A stretch of DNA of 64,000 nucleotides, taken from the NCBI RefSeq assembly GCF_032191835.1, contig NC_083237.1, positions 17,050,001 through 17,114,000 of the forward strand, written 5' to 3'. This stretch comes from Heteronotia binoei. Its lineage: Eukaryota. A program made the translations under genes and the position numbers. The notes beneath the pieces were generated by a model. The model was given only the letters and a program-made list of their open reading frames with translations, did not search any database and was not told the origin of the DNA. Below are positions 24,140 through 36,344 of this stretch, one piece after another (position 1 is the stretch's first letter; the number at the start of each line of letters is the position of its first letter).

Positions 24140-24734
24140 TATGAGAACTCCATCAGTGGCAGAAGCATTAGTGGTGTAGCATTACAGCCATAGTCAGACG
24201 ATAGCCCCATGAGAACTCCATGACTGGCAGAAGCATTCATTTGGAAGAAAATAAATTTTGAAAAGCTCTTTTGGGTAGGAAAAAAACCCAGAAGGGGGAG
24301 CCTTCGCTTTCTAGGCTTGCCAACCTACAGGTCCCAAGGGGGTTCCCCCACTTTTGCAGGCTCCTTCCTGCCCCCAGTCAGCTGACAGGCGGGGGGAAGC
24401 CCCACCCCAACAGGCCACTTGTGACTTCAAACCTCAAAAGCTTAAAAAGACACTGGGAACAGCTATTTCCTAGAAAGGTGCATGTGCCTTTAAATTTTAG
24501 ACCAGGCTGGGGGCAGGGTGAGACTACAGAACAAGGTGCCTGCGGGAAGGGAAGGAGCCCAGAAACTGCATTGGTTTTATAATCTTCTCAGAGGCCGTTT
24601 GCACAGGAAAAGGTAAACTAGAACCTTTAGTTTCCTTGTGTTATTCTTTAGCACTTGGAACTTCATTAACTCGTGAGTAAATTGCCCTAGTGAGAACACA
24701 TAAGTGTGGGATTGCAAACTGTTTATTTTGGCCT

Positions 24735-24735
<1 letters not shown>

Positions 24736-24786
<51 letters not shown>
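24736..24786. repeat. (TG)n(GA)n compound microsatellite; similar tracts at ~4985-5050, ~5888-5926, ~26441-26490
   Basis: Directly visible. Confidence 0.9.
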
Positions 24787-24789
<3 letters not shown>

Positions 24790-26436
24790 TACAGCTGGTT
24801 GAGGTGAGAAAATTAAGACTGTATTCAGGGGAACTGCACTGCTGGGTTTTTTTAATGTATTTATTTTAGGAAATGTGAAAATCTCCTGGCTCCACCCCCA
24901 AAGTCCCCCAGACTTGGCAACCCTACCAGAATTCCCTTTGGAGTTCAATTATGCTTGTCACAACCTTGCTATTGGCTCCACCCCCAAAGTATCCTGGCTC
25001 CGCCCCCTAACCCCCCAGATATTTCTTGAACTGGATTTGGCAACCCTATCACTTTCTTCTTCCTGCCCCCTCATGGTGCACTATAGATTGCTTCCTCACT
25101 TCATTTTATAGGAAATTGGGGGTACCATGAGTGGGTCATGTCATGTCCTATTCAGTTGCACCATTCGCCATCACACTGTATTGTTTTGACAGGAAAGGAA
25201 TTCATTTTTTTTTTAAATTTAAACTTCACAAAACAAATTCAGGAGGGAAGCTCTGTTGTTCTGAAGCAACAGAACAAAGTTTGACCCCAGGGGCACCTTG
25301 AAGACCAACAAAGTTGAAAAAGAAGCTGTTTTAGGCAGAACAAGGCAAGTAAACGCTAGTTCAGGGCTGAGGAACCTTTTTTCTGCCAAGGGCCATTTGG
25401 ATATTTATAACATCATTCGTGGGCCATAAAAAATTATCAACTTAAAAAAAAAAAGTGCTCCACTGAGGGAGAATGATTATGGCCAGCAAAATTAATGCAA
25501 ATAATTGTATTTCTATTTAAAGTAATGTGGGGAGAGCCTAATCTGACGCGCACACACACACATACCTGGCCCGCTGCCCTAGGCAAATGCCTTGTAGAAA
25601 AAGCCCAGCAGAAACTCATTAGCATATTAGACACATTCCCTAATATTAGCATATTAGGTCACACACTCATTAGCATATTAGGCAGGGAAAATCAAGTGCA
25701 AACTGAACTGTGACAGTAACTTTTCCAGCCCTGCAGCAATTCTGGCCGGCCAGCCAGGCCCCAGGGAGGCTGCCACACAGTACATTTGGGCCCTGTGATT
25801 CCTGCCTGACCCTGGGGAGGCTGCTGCACAGTGCGGCTGGGCCCCACAATCCTCGCTGGCCAGCCAGGCCCCAGGGAGGCTGCCACATGGCTCAGTTTGG
25901 TCCAGCAATCCCCGAGGGCCACACCAATGGCCCCAAGGGCCGTATACAGAAAGGAATTCATTTTAAAAAACATTTAAAATTCACAAAACAAATTTGGAAG
26001 GGGAGATTCCACTGATGGAACTCATGACCGGCAGCAGCTTCCCAGTCCTTTAAGAGGATGACCTTCCATGCAGGGCTAGCAGGAACTCCTTTGCTCATTA
26101 GGCCACACCTCCCTGATGTAGCCAATCCTCCTGGAGCTTACAGTAGGCTCTGTACTAAGAGCCCTGTAAGCTCTAGGAGGATTGGCTACATCAGGGGTGT
26201 ATAGCCTAATATGCAATGAGGTTCCTACTACTAAAAAAGCCCTGCTTCCTTGTACTAAACATGCCAAATAGGCCTTAGAGATACATACAAGGCATATTCA
26301 CTGAATTCTAGTTTATATGCTACTTTAGCGTCTGTTTCTGCCAGACATATTTAAAACCTTGTGAGATGATTGCCAAACATAGCCTTGCTACTTACTGGCT
26401 AACTACTTTCCGAATTAAAAGACCGGCAGCATGGTG

Positions 26437-26487
<51 letters not shown>

Positions 26488-26489
26488 CA

Positions 26490-26845
26490 CACTGTGGCTA
26501 ATAGCCACTGATGGACCTTTGCTCCATATTTTTATCTAACCCCCTCTTGAAGCTGGCTATGCTTGTGGCCGCCACCACCTCCTGTGGCAGTGAATTCCAC
26601 ATGTTAATCACCCTTTGGGGGAAGAACTACCTCCTTTTATCCGTTCAAACCCGACTGCTCAGCAATTTCATTGAATGCCCACGAGTTCCTGTATTGTGAG
26701 AAAGGGAGAAAAGTACTTCTTTCTCTACCTTCTCCATCCCATGCATAATCTTGTAAACCTCTATCATGTCACCCCGCAGTCGACATTTCTCCAAGCTAAA
26801 GAGCCCCAAGCGTTTTAAACTTTCTTCATAGGGAAAGTGTTCCAT
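26490..26845 (-). mobile_element. CR1 LINE ORF2 3' fragment
   Basis: Translation YEESLKRLGLFSLEKCRLRGDMIEVYKIMHG...TRGHSMKL is a CR1 ORF2 C-terminal signature. Confidence 0.85.
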
Positions 26846-27587
26846 TCTTCCAAGCCATCACATCAGAAGTATTTCTGGAAGAAAATCAAGAAAGGATGCA
26901 CACTGTTGATGCAAAGTTACAGCAGTCTAAAACCAGGTATTTCAGTGGGGTTAGTCTGGGTGAGTCTGCATAGGATTGAAAATTGTACAAGTTGGCTTCT
27001 CAGGTTACATAGCTATTTGTTTCTCGAGTCATGAAATACATAGCGATGGATTTTTGAGCAACATAAGAACATAAGAGAAGCCATGTTGTATCAGGCCAAT
27101 GGCCCATCCAGTCCAACACTGTCACACAGTGGTAAAAAAAACCCAAGTTCCATCAGGAGGTCCACCAGTGGGGCCAGGATACTAGAACATAGGGGTTGAG
27201 GGGCTAGCCCTACAATGGCTTTCCTCCTTCCTCGAGGGTCGGGAACAAAGGGTGGCAATTGGGGGTGAGCTGTCCCAGAGGCACACACTTGATTGTGGGG
27301 TGCCGCAGGGAGCAGTTCTCTCCCCAATGCTATTCAGTATCTATATGCGCCCCCTTGCCCAGATTGCCCGGAAGTATGGGCTTGGGTGTCACCAATATGC
27401 AGACGACACCCAGCTCTACCTGCTAATGAATGGCCGGCCTGACTGCATTCCAGGGAATTTGGACCTGGCATTGCAGGCCGTGGCAACTTGGCTTAGGCTG
27501 AGTGGGCTGAAGCTGAACCCAACGAAGACAGAGGTCCTTTGCGTGGGTCGCAGCACCCTGGGGAGGGAAATACCTCTCCCAGTTTTT

Positions 27588-30500
27588 GTGTTTTAACAAT
27601 TTATTGATTATTAACAATTTATTAGTTATTTCTTAATTATCTCAATATTAATCCGTATGACATTTCCATCCCCCCTCCCTCCAATGTTGTATTTTAACAA
27701 TTTATTAATAACATACGGTTACGATGTTTAGTTATATCTTTTCTATATCTTTTCTATCCCTAACCCATATGATATTTTCAATCCCCCCTCCCTCCGTTAT
27801 TAGACTTACCCCGAAGTTATATATTTAAATCCAAATATAAAGGTATCCCAAACCCATCAAAACACACTGTCTTTTTCTTCTCATTCATATTAAAAAATTG
27901 TCCAATGTCTTTTTACGTTCCATTCTAACTCTATATATTTTTTTAAATTTCTTCCACTCCTTTTTAAACACTTCCAGATCATAGTCTCTCAAAGTTCTTG
28001 TTAATTTATCCATCTCGCTCCACGATAAAACTTTCACAATCCAGTCCCATTTCTCTGGTATTTTTTCTTGTTTCCACAGCTGCGCATACAATGTCCTAGC
28101 AGCTGAGAGCAGATACCAAATTAAAGTCCTATCTTCTTTTGGAAATTTTTCTATTTGTAATTCTAGCAGAAAAGTCTCTGCAACTTTCTTGAAGTCATAA
28201 CCCAAAATTTTAGAAATTTCTTGTTGTATCATCAGCCAAAAGTTTTTTGCTTTTTCACAGGTCCACCACATATGAAAAAAAGAACCTTCATGGTGCTTAC
28301 ATTTCCAACATCTGTCTGACATCTTTTTACTCATCTTTGCCGGTTTCTTCGGAGTCATATACCACCTATACATCATTTTAAAACAGTTCTCCTTGATATT
28401 CTGACATGTTGATATCTTCATCGAGTTCTTCCAAAGGTACTCCCAAGTATCCATTTGGATTTCTCTGTTTATATTGATTGCCCATTTAACCATTTGAGAT
28501 TTTACTACTTCCTCTTCTGTAGACCATTTCAATAATAACATATACTTTTGATATTAATTTTTCATTGTCTCCAAGCAAAACCTTTTCCAATTCTGTTTGC
28601 TCACGTCTAATTCCATCAGATTTCATATCATTTTCCATCAGACTTTTTAGCCATTTATATTTAATTTTTAAGTCCCGCAATTTGGCAGTTGTGTCCTTAA
28701 GGTCTCTTCTGATTCTTAAAAATTCAGGAGGGAGATCCGGAAACACCTGAATCTTTAACCCCTGGTAGTCCAGGCCTCCTCTCTCCCTAGCCTCTGCAAA
28801 GACTCTTTGCCTCATTCGATAATCCTTAAACTGCACCACAATATCTCTGGTATAAGACAAATTGTCTTCACATACCTCGCCTACACGATATGCTTTTTAG
28901 ATGAGTGGAAGAACCTCGACCTCCAGGTGGATTACTTCAGCAAGCCAATTTGCCATGAATATATATAAGTCCATTTCTGCTTCCTCATCCAATTTAAAGC
29001 CTCTAAATTTTAGGCACAGCTCCTGGCTACGAAAATCCACTGTTAAAACCCGTTCCCTCATCCATACATCTGCTGTTATCTCTTGAGCTTTTTTTAACGC
29101 TTCTTGCGCCGTTTGGGTTGCTTGCTTACAAGAATTCTCTAATTCATCCAGACGCTGACACATTGGTTGAAGCATAGAAGTTATGTCCTCTCGTATTTCT
29201 TCTCTTAGTTTAGACATTGCCTAAAACAATAAATTCACCGTGAGAGGACTTTCTGCAGGTGGTTCCTCACATCTCTCCAAGCTTGCGTGGGAGGTGGAAG
29301 GCAGTTCCAAGAAATTAGTTAAAGGCTGAAAGCTTTTTTCCTTCTGCTTGGTCTTTTTCACCCCTTTCGGAGGCATCTTTCAAAAGTTCAAAAATATAAT
29401 TTAAAGAGGTAAAAAAAGATATAACTTTGGAGGCAGGAGGGAGAGCGTTAGGCAAAGGCTCCTGACCGGATATTGGTCAAAGCCACTCCCCCCAGACTTT
29501 TTATTTGTTGCATTTGGAACCAGTCATATTTATTATTTAGCTCTTCTGCTGACTTTAATTCAACTTTCCCACCTTGAATCTTTAACAACTGATTGTATGA
29601 CATCACTCTTTCTTCCTCAGATTCAGCTGTTATTTTTATTTCTTCTGCTGGCACTATCCAAAGCGACTTCCTCTAATCACCATATTTCTTATATTTTATC
29701 CAAGTATTTAATAAAGTGTTTCTAATATAGTGATGAGAAAAAAACCCATCCATCTTGTGTTTCCCATAATACAAATACGCGTGCCAGCCGAATTTATTCC
29801 CATGAGCTTCCAACCTTAAAGGTTTTTTATCCAACAGCATTAGCCAATCCTTGATCCATGTCAAGCAAACAGCATCATGGTACAATCTTAAGTCCGGGAG
29901 CTGAAAGCCTCCTCTTTCTTTTGCATCTGTTAAAATTTTCATCTTAATTCTTGGTTTCTTCCCGGCCCATACAAAGTCAGAGAGCTTCTTTTGCCACTTA
30001 TTGAATTGTTTGCTATCTTTCATGATCGGGATAGTATGAAACAGATACATTATTCTTGGCAAAATATTCATCTTAACTGCAGCAATCCTGCCCAATAAAG
30101 ACAAATTAAGTCTGTTCCATTTTATCAAATCTTTGTCCATCTTGCACCAAAGCTTTTCATAATTATTTTTAAATAAATCTATGTTCTTCATAGTTATTTC
30201 TACGCCAAGATATTTTACTTTAGAAGTAACTTTACACCCCGTCAGTGCCTGCAATTCATTCTGTCTATTTGGTTGCATATTTTTACATAAAAACATCGAC
30301 TTCTCTGCATTTATATATAGTCCTGCAATCTCTCCATATTCTTTTATCTTGGTTAAGAGCAACGGTGTTACTTGAATCGGATTCTCTATAATAAACACAA
30401 TGTCATCTGCAAAAGCTTTATATTTATAAGAGAATCCTTTAATTTTTAATCCTTCTATTTTTTTGTCGTTTTGCACTTGTAATAAAATTTCAAGAGTCAT

Positions 30501-31305
30501 TATAAACAACAATGGTGATAACGGACATCCTTGTCTTGTACCTTTGCTTACCATCAATTCTCTTGTAAGGTCTGCATTTACGCACAATTTTGCTTGCTGT
30601 TCTGTATATATTGCTTTCGTCATTCTTATAAAATGTTCCCCTAAATTAATTTTTTCCATTACTGCAAACATAAAGCCCCAGTTCAAATTGTCAAAGGCTT
30701 TTTCCGCATCTACAAAAAATAAAGCCGCTTCTTTTTCTGGATGCTTTTCATAATATTCTACAACATTGATGACAGCTCTTACATTGTCTCTTATTTGCCT
30801 TTTAGGAAGAAATCCAGCTTGATCTTTTTTTATAAAGTTTATCAGATATTGCTTCAATCGTTCTGCCAGAATTCTTGTGTAGATCTTGTAGTCGTTATTT
30901 AATAATGAAATTGGTCTATAATTCTTTACATTTGTGACATCTTTATCTTCTTTGGGGATCAACGAAATTACAGCTTCTTTCCATGTATTTGGAATTATCC
31001 CTTTTTCTCTTATTATATTGATCAGTTTCTGCAGTTTGGGTGTTATCTCATCTTTGAGGGTTTTATAAAATTTAGATGTGAATCCATCTGGCCCAGGAGC
31101 CTTACCTTCTTTCATTGCTTTTATTGCTGCTTCAATTTCGATCTTTTCAATTGGATCATTTAAAATCTTTTTCATGTACTCAGTCAGGGGCACTATTTGG
31201 ATATTTCGTAAATACTCTTCCATTTTTTCTTTTTTTTCTTTTCTTTTTTTAAAGAAAAAAAAGATAATTTTTTAAATATTATGCAAAATTATTCAAAGGC
31301 GTGAC
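27588..31305 (-). mobile_element. 5'-truncated L1 LINE (ORF2 RT domain to 3' UTR), frameshifted
   Basis: GKAPGPDGF, YRPISLLN, DAEKAFD, GTRQGCPLSP, FADD motifs; C-terminal CWKC..HMWWTC; 20-bp TSD aaatacctctccca(g/t)ttttt (27568-87/31306-25). Confidence 0.92.
28650..29492 (-). mobile_element. L1 5' UTR + ORF1 fragment (3'-truncated) nested in the L1 ORF2
   Basis: ORF1 from ATG 29376 (MPPKGVKKTK, coiled coil, LKFRG, RDIVVQF, IQVFPDL) in one frame with two internal stops; 11-bp TSD cagacttttta (28639-49/29493-503). Confidence 0.85.
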
Positions 31306-32381
31306 AAATACCTCTCCCATTTTTTGACAGTGTGCCTCTGAAAGCGGCGCACCGGGTCAAGAGCTTGGGAGTTCTACTGGAGCCTTCACTATCAATGGAG
31401 GCCCAGTTAGCAGCCACTGCTAAGTCAGCATTCTTCCATCTGAAGTGGGCAAAGCAGTTGGTTCCCTTCCTGGAGCACCGTGACCTAGCAACAGTGATCC
31501 ATTCAACGGTCACCTCAAGATTGGATGACTGTAATGCCCTCTACATGGGGCTGCCTCTGTGCCGAACCCGGAGGTTGCAGCTGGTGCAGAACACGGCGGC
31601 TAGGCTGATATTGGGGCTCCCGAAGTGGGAGCACATACAGCCAGGGCTACGCGAACTGCACTGGTTGCCAGTTACCTACCGGGTTCATTACAAAGTGCTG
31701 GTTATTACCTTTAAAGCCCTATATGGCCGAGGACCTGCCTACCTGAGGGACTGTCTCTCTCCATACGAATCCCAGAGAGCAGTGAGGTCAGCAGGGAAGA
31801 ACCAGCTGACTATCCCTGGACCAAAAAAGGCTAAACTTCAAAACACTCGTACACGGGCCTTCTCCATCGCAGCTCCACACTTATGGAACCAGCTCCCAGA
31901 AGAAGTGCGAGCCCTGCGGTGTCTTGACCAGTTCCGCAGGGCCTGCAAGACCACACTTTTCAGGATGGCCTTTGCTGGCTGAGAGACTGCTGTGGGTGAC
32001 TTCGCTATTATCATTTATAAATGGAATTAGCACCTGGAAATCTGTTAATTGGAATGTTTTAAATTTAATTGTGATTTTAAACCCTGTATAATTTTATGAA
32101 ATGTTGTTAGCCGCCCTGAGCCCGCCTCGGCGGGGAGGGCGGGATATAAATAAAATTTTATTATTATTATTATTATTATTAGAAGCCCTTGCACTGTGCA
32201 ACTGGTCATGGAACGAGAAGCACCACTGAGGATTCTAATTGTGTTGATGAGGATGGAGCTGAAACTCTGGCCCCAGTCCACCTGAAAAATACTGTTGAAT
32301 GATGTTGCTGGTTTGGCCTGCCATTGACCAGCCTGCTGGTCTCCCCACCAGCCCCAATGGGGAGGGGAAACCCTAAATTAA

Positions 32382-35159
32382 GCTAGGTGGAGTGGTTCCT
32401 GAGGCATGACCATAGACAGTCAAGGGTATGAGCCAGGAGGTAATGACAGAGTTGTTGGGCCTTAGCTTGGCTTGCTTTTAGCCATCAGTGGCCCACAAGA
32501 AAATATCCCTGTCAATTAAACTACTAATGAGAAGGGCAGAATAAAATCCTAATGCAATAATAAACAAATAAAGGGCCAGTCCAAACAGGGGCCAGCTGCC
32601 TTTGGGCACATGTGGAGATCTGTTTCCCACAAGCAAGAACCCCCAAAGCAGATAAAATTTTAATACATAATTCATATGCAATTAAAGGGCCGAACAGTAA
32701 AAACAAAGTTTAAAAAAATAATAAATCAACATACATGTATTTATTGTAGAAAGCATTTAATGACCCATCATAAGCCTCTATCCTATGTAAAATCATAAAA
32801 CCACAATGGGAACCCACTCAACTTGACCTGATGCATTTCGACCTAGATTGGTCTTATGCAGAGGGAAGAAAGGTAAGTACACATATTGGCTCATAATACA
32901 GAACAAAATGGAACAATGGAACAATGCTGGACTACAAGGAAATTTAGTGAAGTGACAAAGGCTTAGAGAGGTTCTTGAGGCCTCTTGTTCTTATGTCTTA
33001 ATCAAGGGCATACCTATAGCATTCAGTGTTTTGTGGTATGACACCTTGTAAGCCGAAATGCCCTCAAAGCCAAGGTTGGGGACTTGGCAGGTGGGCACTT
33101 GACTTTAAAAAGGATCAGAGATTATGTATACAGGCTCCACATCCAGAAACTATTGCTCAAATATGCCAGGGACACTAATTAAGTGAAAGCAATTTGAATT
33201 TATTCTAGAAAATGTAGGAGTCATGCCCTGAGAAACTGCTTGATTCCTGGGTCCCACAAAGACCACAGACAGGAACGTGGGTGCGACCATGTGCCTGGCA
33301 TACCAGCCTGGAGTCCTGCTTCCGCATTGTGTCTGAAGAGTCAAAAGGGCACAGGCATCTCACATCCGTGTTCAACCACATTCTCACTCTTTATGCTGAC
33401 CCTTGCAGTATTGACAAATTGATGACTGTATTGAATCCTGTAAACAGCAGATATGGTCTGTCTCCCTTGAACAGATGCATCCTGTTGTTTGTTTAAACAC
33501 TATGTACTAAGCAAATATGTAGCTTCAAGACAGAATGTATACATAAAGTAAAGGTTGGCTGAGGAAGTCAGACCTCTTTTCTTCCTGAACCAACATGTGT
33601 CGACTGATGATTCCTTCAAGAAAATATAGATCTCACACACAAGATAAAATACTCATAAAATCATACATACAGTCCTAAGAAAATTAGATAGAGACATAGA
33701 GAAACACATGGGTAAACGAACAGGGTGATAATTACCGATCGTAGTCTTCAAGGAAGGCTCCAATGGCAACGAGCGAGGATGAGGGAGAGGGGACCCGAAA
33801 CTAGGCCTTAGAATTGGGGATGGATCTAGACAGTGGAATTGGGATACTGCTAGAAGCACACCTGTGGGTGGCTAGGCCACAGGTTATAAGGAGTACCTTG
33901 AGCCCTCAGGGGATGTGAGGTACGAGGGAGGAGAAAAGTGGTCAGCTGGTGCATGACCTCAGAAAAAGGGGAGGCTCCACAGTGACCTTAAGGGCTGGAC
34001 TTGTGCGGTAGCCAATGGCTGGTTTGGAGGGGACACCTAATTGGCTGCCTGCTCCTAGCTAATGAGGTTTTGGCACTAGTTACCTGATTGGACCTCCTGG
34101 TAACAATGGGCCAAGGTGGGATGCTCCAGGGTAGCTGTCAAGGGAAAGAAAGGGTGAAAGTACTGGGGTGGAGGTACATGGGAGTGGTTGAACTTAGCTG
34201 CAATGGTGACAATAGATGGCCAAATTGCTGCCTAAGGTAACACCCAGTCTACACAAAGACACTTGGCTCAGGGTGGAGATGGTCTTTCTCCTCCTCAATC
34301 CTCCATTGGCACCAGTCTTTGTCTAGAGTTCCATTGGACAAAGACTGTGGTGGTTGGACAGTTGTACATGCCCGGGATACGCTCGATTGCTGTATGTAAA
34401 GGTGACATCTGGTGACTACGTGAGCCGTTCGCTTCACTGGAATGGAGTCTGGCATGGTAGGAAGATAGCTGTGTGTGCTGTTAGCCTCCCATGATGGATT
34501 CCATGGTCAGTGCTGAAAACCGCTCGCCTGGATAGTTCCTGGCAGCGCAACTTCTCCCATTCCACGGCCAAGATGAACATCACACGGAGTGACGGGAAAC
34601 CATCTGTTCTCCTGGTTAGCACTCTTTCATTGGTTTCGAGTGCTATAGTAGCGTTATGGCTGCGAGTACTGTACAAGTCCCTTCCATGCCTGGTTAGGCA
34701 AACCCAAACTCTCTGGCCAGACGTGTGTGAGTTACTTTTCCAGGTGCTCTGGCAACTAGGCTGGTGACTATGATGTTCTGTAAGGGGGTTTTTCCTCACA
34801 ACCTGGAACAAGAATTGATCAAGTAAAGTCAGAGCCTATGTGCCAAGAGTTATGCTAAGTGGAGTGGCTCCTGAGGCAAGACCATAGACAGTCAAGAGTT
34901 TGATCCAGGAGGAAATGACAGAGTTGTTGGGCCTTGGCTTGACTTCCTTTTAGCCAGCAGTGGCTCACAAAAAAATATCCATGTCGATTAAACTGCTCAT
35001 ACGAAGGGCAGAATAAAATCCTAATGCGATAATAAACAAATAAAGGGCCAGTCCACACAGGTGCCAGCTACCTTTGGGAACATGTGGATATCTGTTTCCT
35101 ACAAGCAAGAGCAGTTTGAACCCCCAAAGCAGATAAAATTTTCATATGTAATTCATATG
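32382..35159 (-). mobile_element. Non-coding direct-repeat element (R-U-R, ~714-nt period once the LTR insert is removed) carrying a decayed hammerhead; paralog at ~41432-42306
   Basis: ~300-bp direct repeats 32382-32678 and 34854-35159; hammerhead-like motif in the spacer; AATAAA and T-rich tract downstream on the minus strand. Confidence 0.55.
33047..34800 (-). mobile_element. Solo-LTR-like insertion, 1754 bp
   Basis: TG...CA termini, 4-bp TSD ACCT (33043-46/34801-04); absent from the paralogous site at ~41958; AATAAA on the minus strand at ~33199-33204. Confidence 0.7.
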
Positions 35160-35405
35160 AAACTAAAATCCCTCTCAATCAACCACTACCACATCTAACC
35201 TACACCTCTCTATATGATAGTTGTATATTTTTAAAGTGAAAACAATAGAAGGGCTCTCTGCTGTCTGACATTAAATGGTATATTCCACTTCATGGTTTCA
35301 GGAATCTATCCCCTTCTCATCTCATTCTACTATGTGGGTTGAAGCTTATCAAACCTTGTAGACGTTCTATTGGCCTCTGGTTGAGAATGTCAACATTCAT
35401 CTTGG

Positions 35406-36344
35406 TTAAAACCCACCTCTTCGCAGCACTCTCGCCACTGCTTTATGGACATCCTTGTTCCTCAGGGTGTAAATGATAGGGTTGAGGAAAGGGGTGCCTA
35501 CTACATAAAACAAGGCAATGTTTTTATCATGGTTCAAGGAAGTCTCTGAATGGGGAATCGCATACATGAAAAGGATAGTTCCATAAAACATGGTAACTAC
35601 AATGAGGTGGGAAACGCACGTGGAGAAGGCTTTGCGCAATCCAGTGACTGAGCGCATTTGTAACACGGAGAATAGAATGATCGTGTAGGAGGTCACAACA
35701 ACAATAATAGAAATTAGGAGGCCTACCCCAGCCAGTACAAAAACAATTGTCTGACTGATGTGGGTATCATCACAGGCAAGTTTTAAGACCAATGGCATCT
35801 CACACATGAAGTGGTTGATACGATTGGGACCACAGTAGGTATGATAAAAGGTGCACCCCACATATATTGTGCCATAAAGGAAGCCTCCTACCCAGCAACT
35901 GGAGGCAAGTTGCATTTGACACCCCCTATCCATGACAACAGGATACAGCAAAGGTTGGCAAATGGCCAGGTAACGGTCATAGGCCATGACAGCCAAAAGA
36001 AAGCATTCAGAAGCACCCAAAGACAAGGAGTCAAAGAGCTGGGCAGCACAGCGGGTGTAGGAGATGACTCCATTCCCAGCCAGGAGGTGAGCCAGCATCT
36101 GGGGCTCTGTGCTGGTGACGTAGAAGATCTCTAGGCTTGAGAGGTGCATGAGGAAATAATACATGGGGGTTTGGAGACATGGGTCGAACCGAACCAACAG
36201 GATGACCACCAGGTTCCCCATGATTGTAAGTGAGTAGGTGAGAAGGATTGCTACAAAGAGTAGAAGTTGAGTTGTTCGTTGATTAGAGAGTCCCACCAAG
36301 ATGAATTCTGTGATTGAGGTGAGGTTCTCAGCATCCATTGTCAT
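35406..36344 (-). CDS. Olfactory receptor, class II, intact, 312 aa (OR-4)
   Basis: Motifs LQTPMYYFL, MAYDRYLAIC, KAFSTCVSHL, NPIIYTLRNKDV; the ORF-track N-terminal extension is intronic (acceptor ttttcatag at 36353-36352). Confidence 0.95.
   Translation of the reverse strand: MTMDAENLTSITEFILVGLSNQRTTQLLLFVAILLTYSLTIMGNLVVILLVRFDPCLQTPMYYFLMHLSSLEIFYVTSTEPQMLAHLLAGNGVISYTRCAAQLFDSLSLGASECFLLAVMAYDRYLAICQPLLYPVVMDRGCQMQLASSCWVGGFLYGTIYVGCTFYHTYCGPNRINHFMCEMPLVLKLACDDTHISQTIVFVLAGVGLLISIIVVVTSYTIILFSVLQMRSVTGLRKAFSTCVSHLIVVTMFYGTILFMYAIPHSETSLNHDKNIALFYVVGTPFLNPIIYTLRNKDVHKAVARVLRRGGF

Larger units (their letters stand above)
27188..32179 (+). mobile_element. 5'-truncated L2 LINE (27188-27587 + 31306-32179), split by an L1 insertion
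   Basis: RT motifs GVPQGAVLSP, YADDTQLYL; L2 C-terminus SRLDDCNAL...LHWLPV...KAL; (ATT)n tail; 5-bp flank repeat tagaa; the empty site is visible in the paralog at ~41220. Confidence 0.9.
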
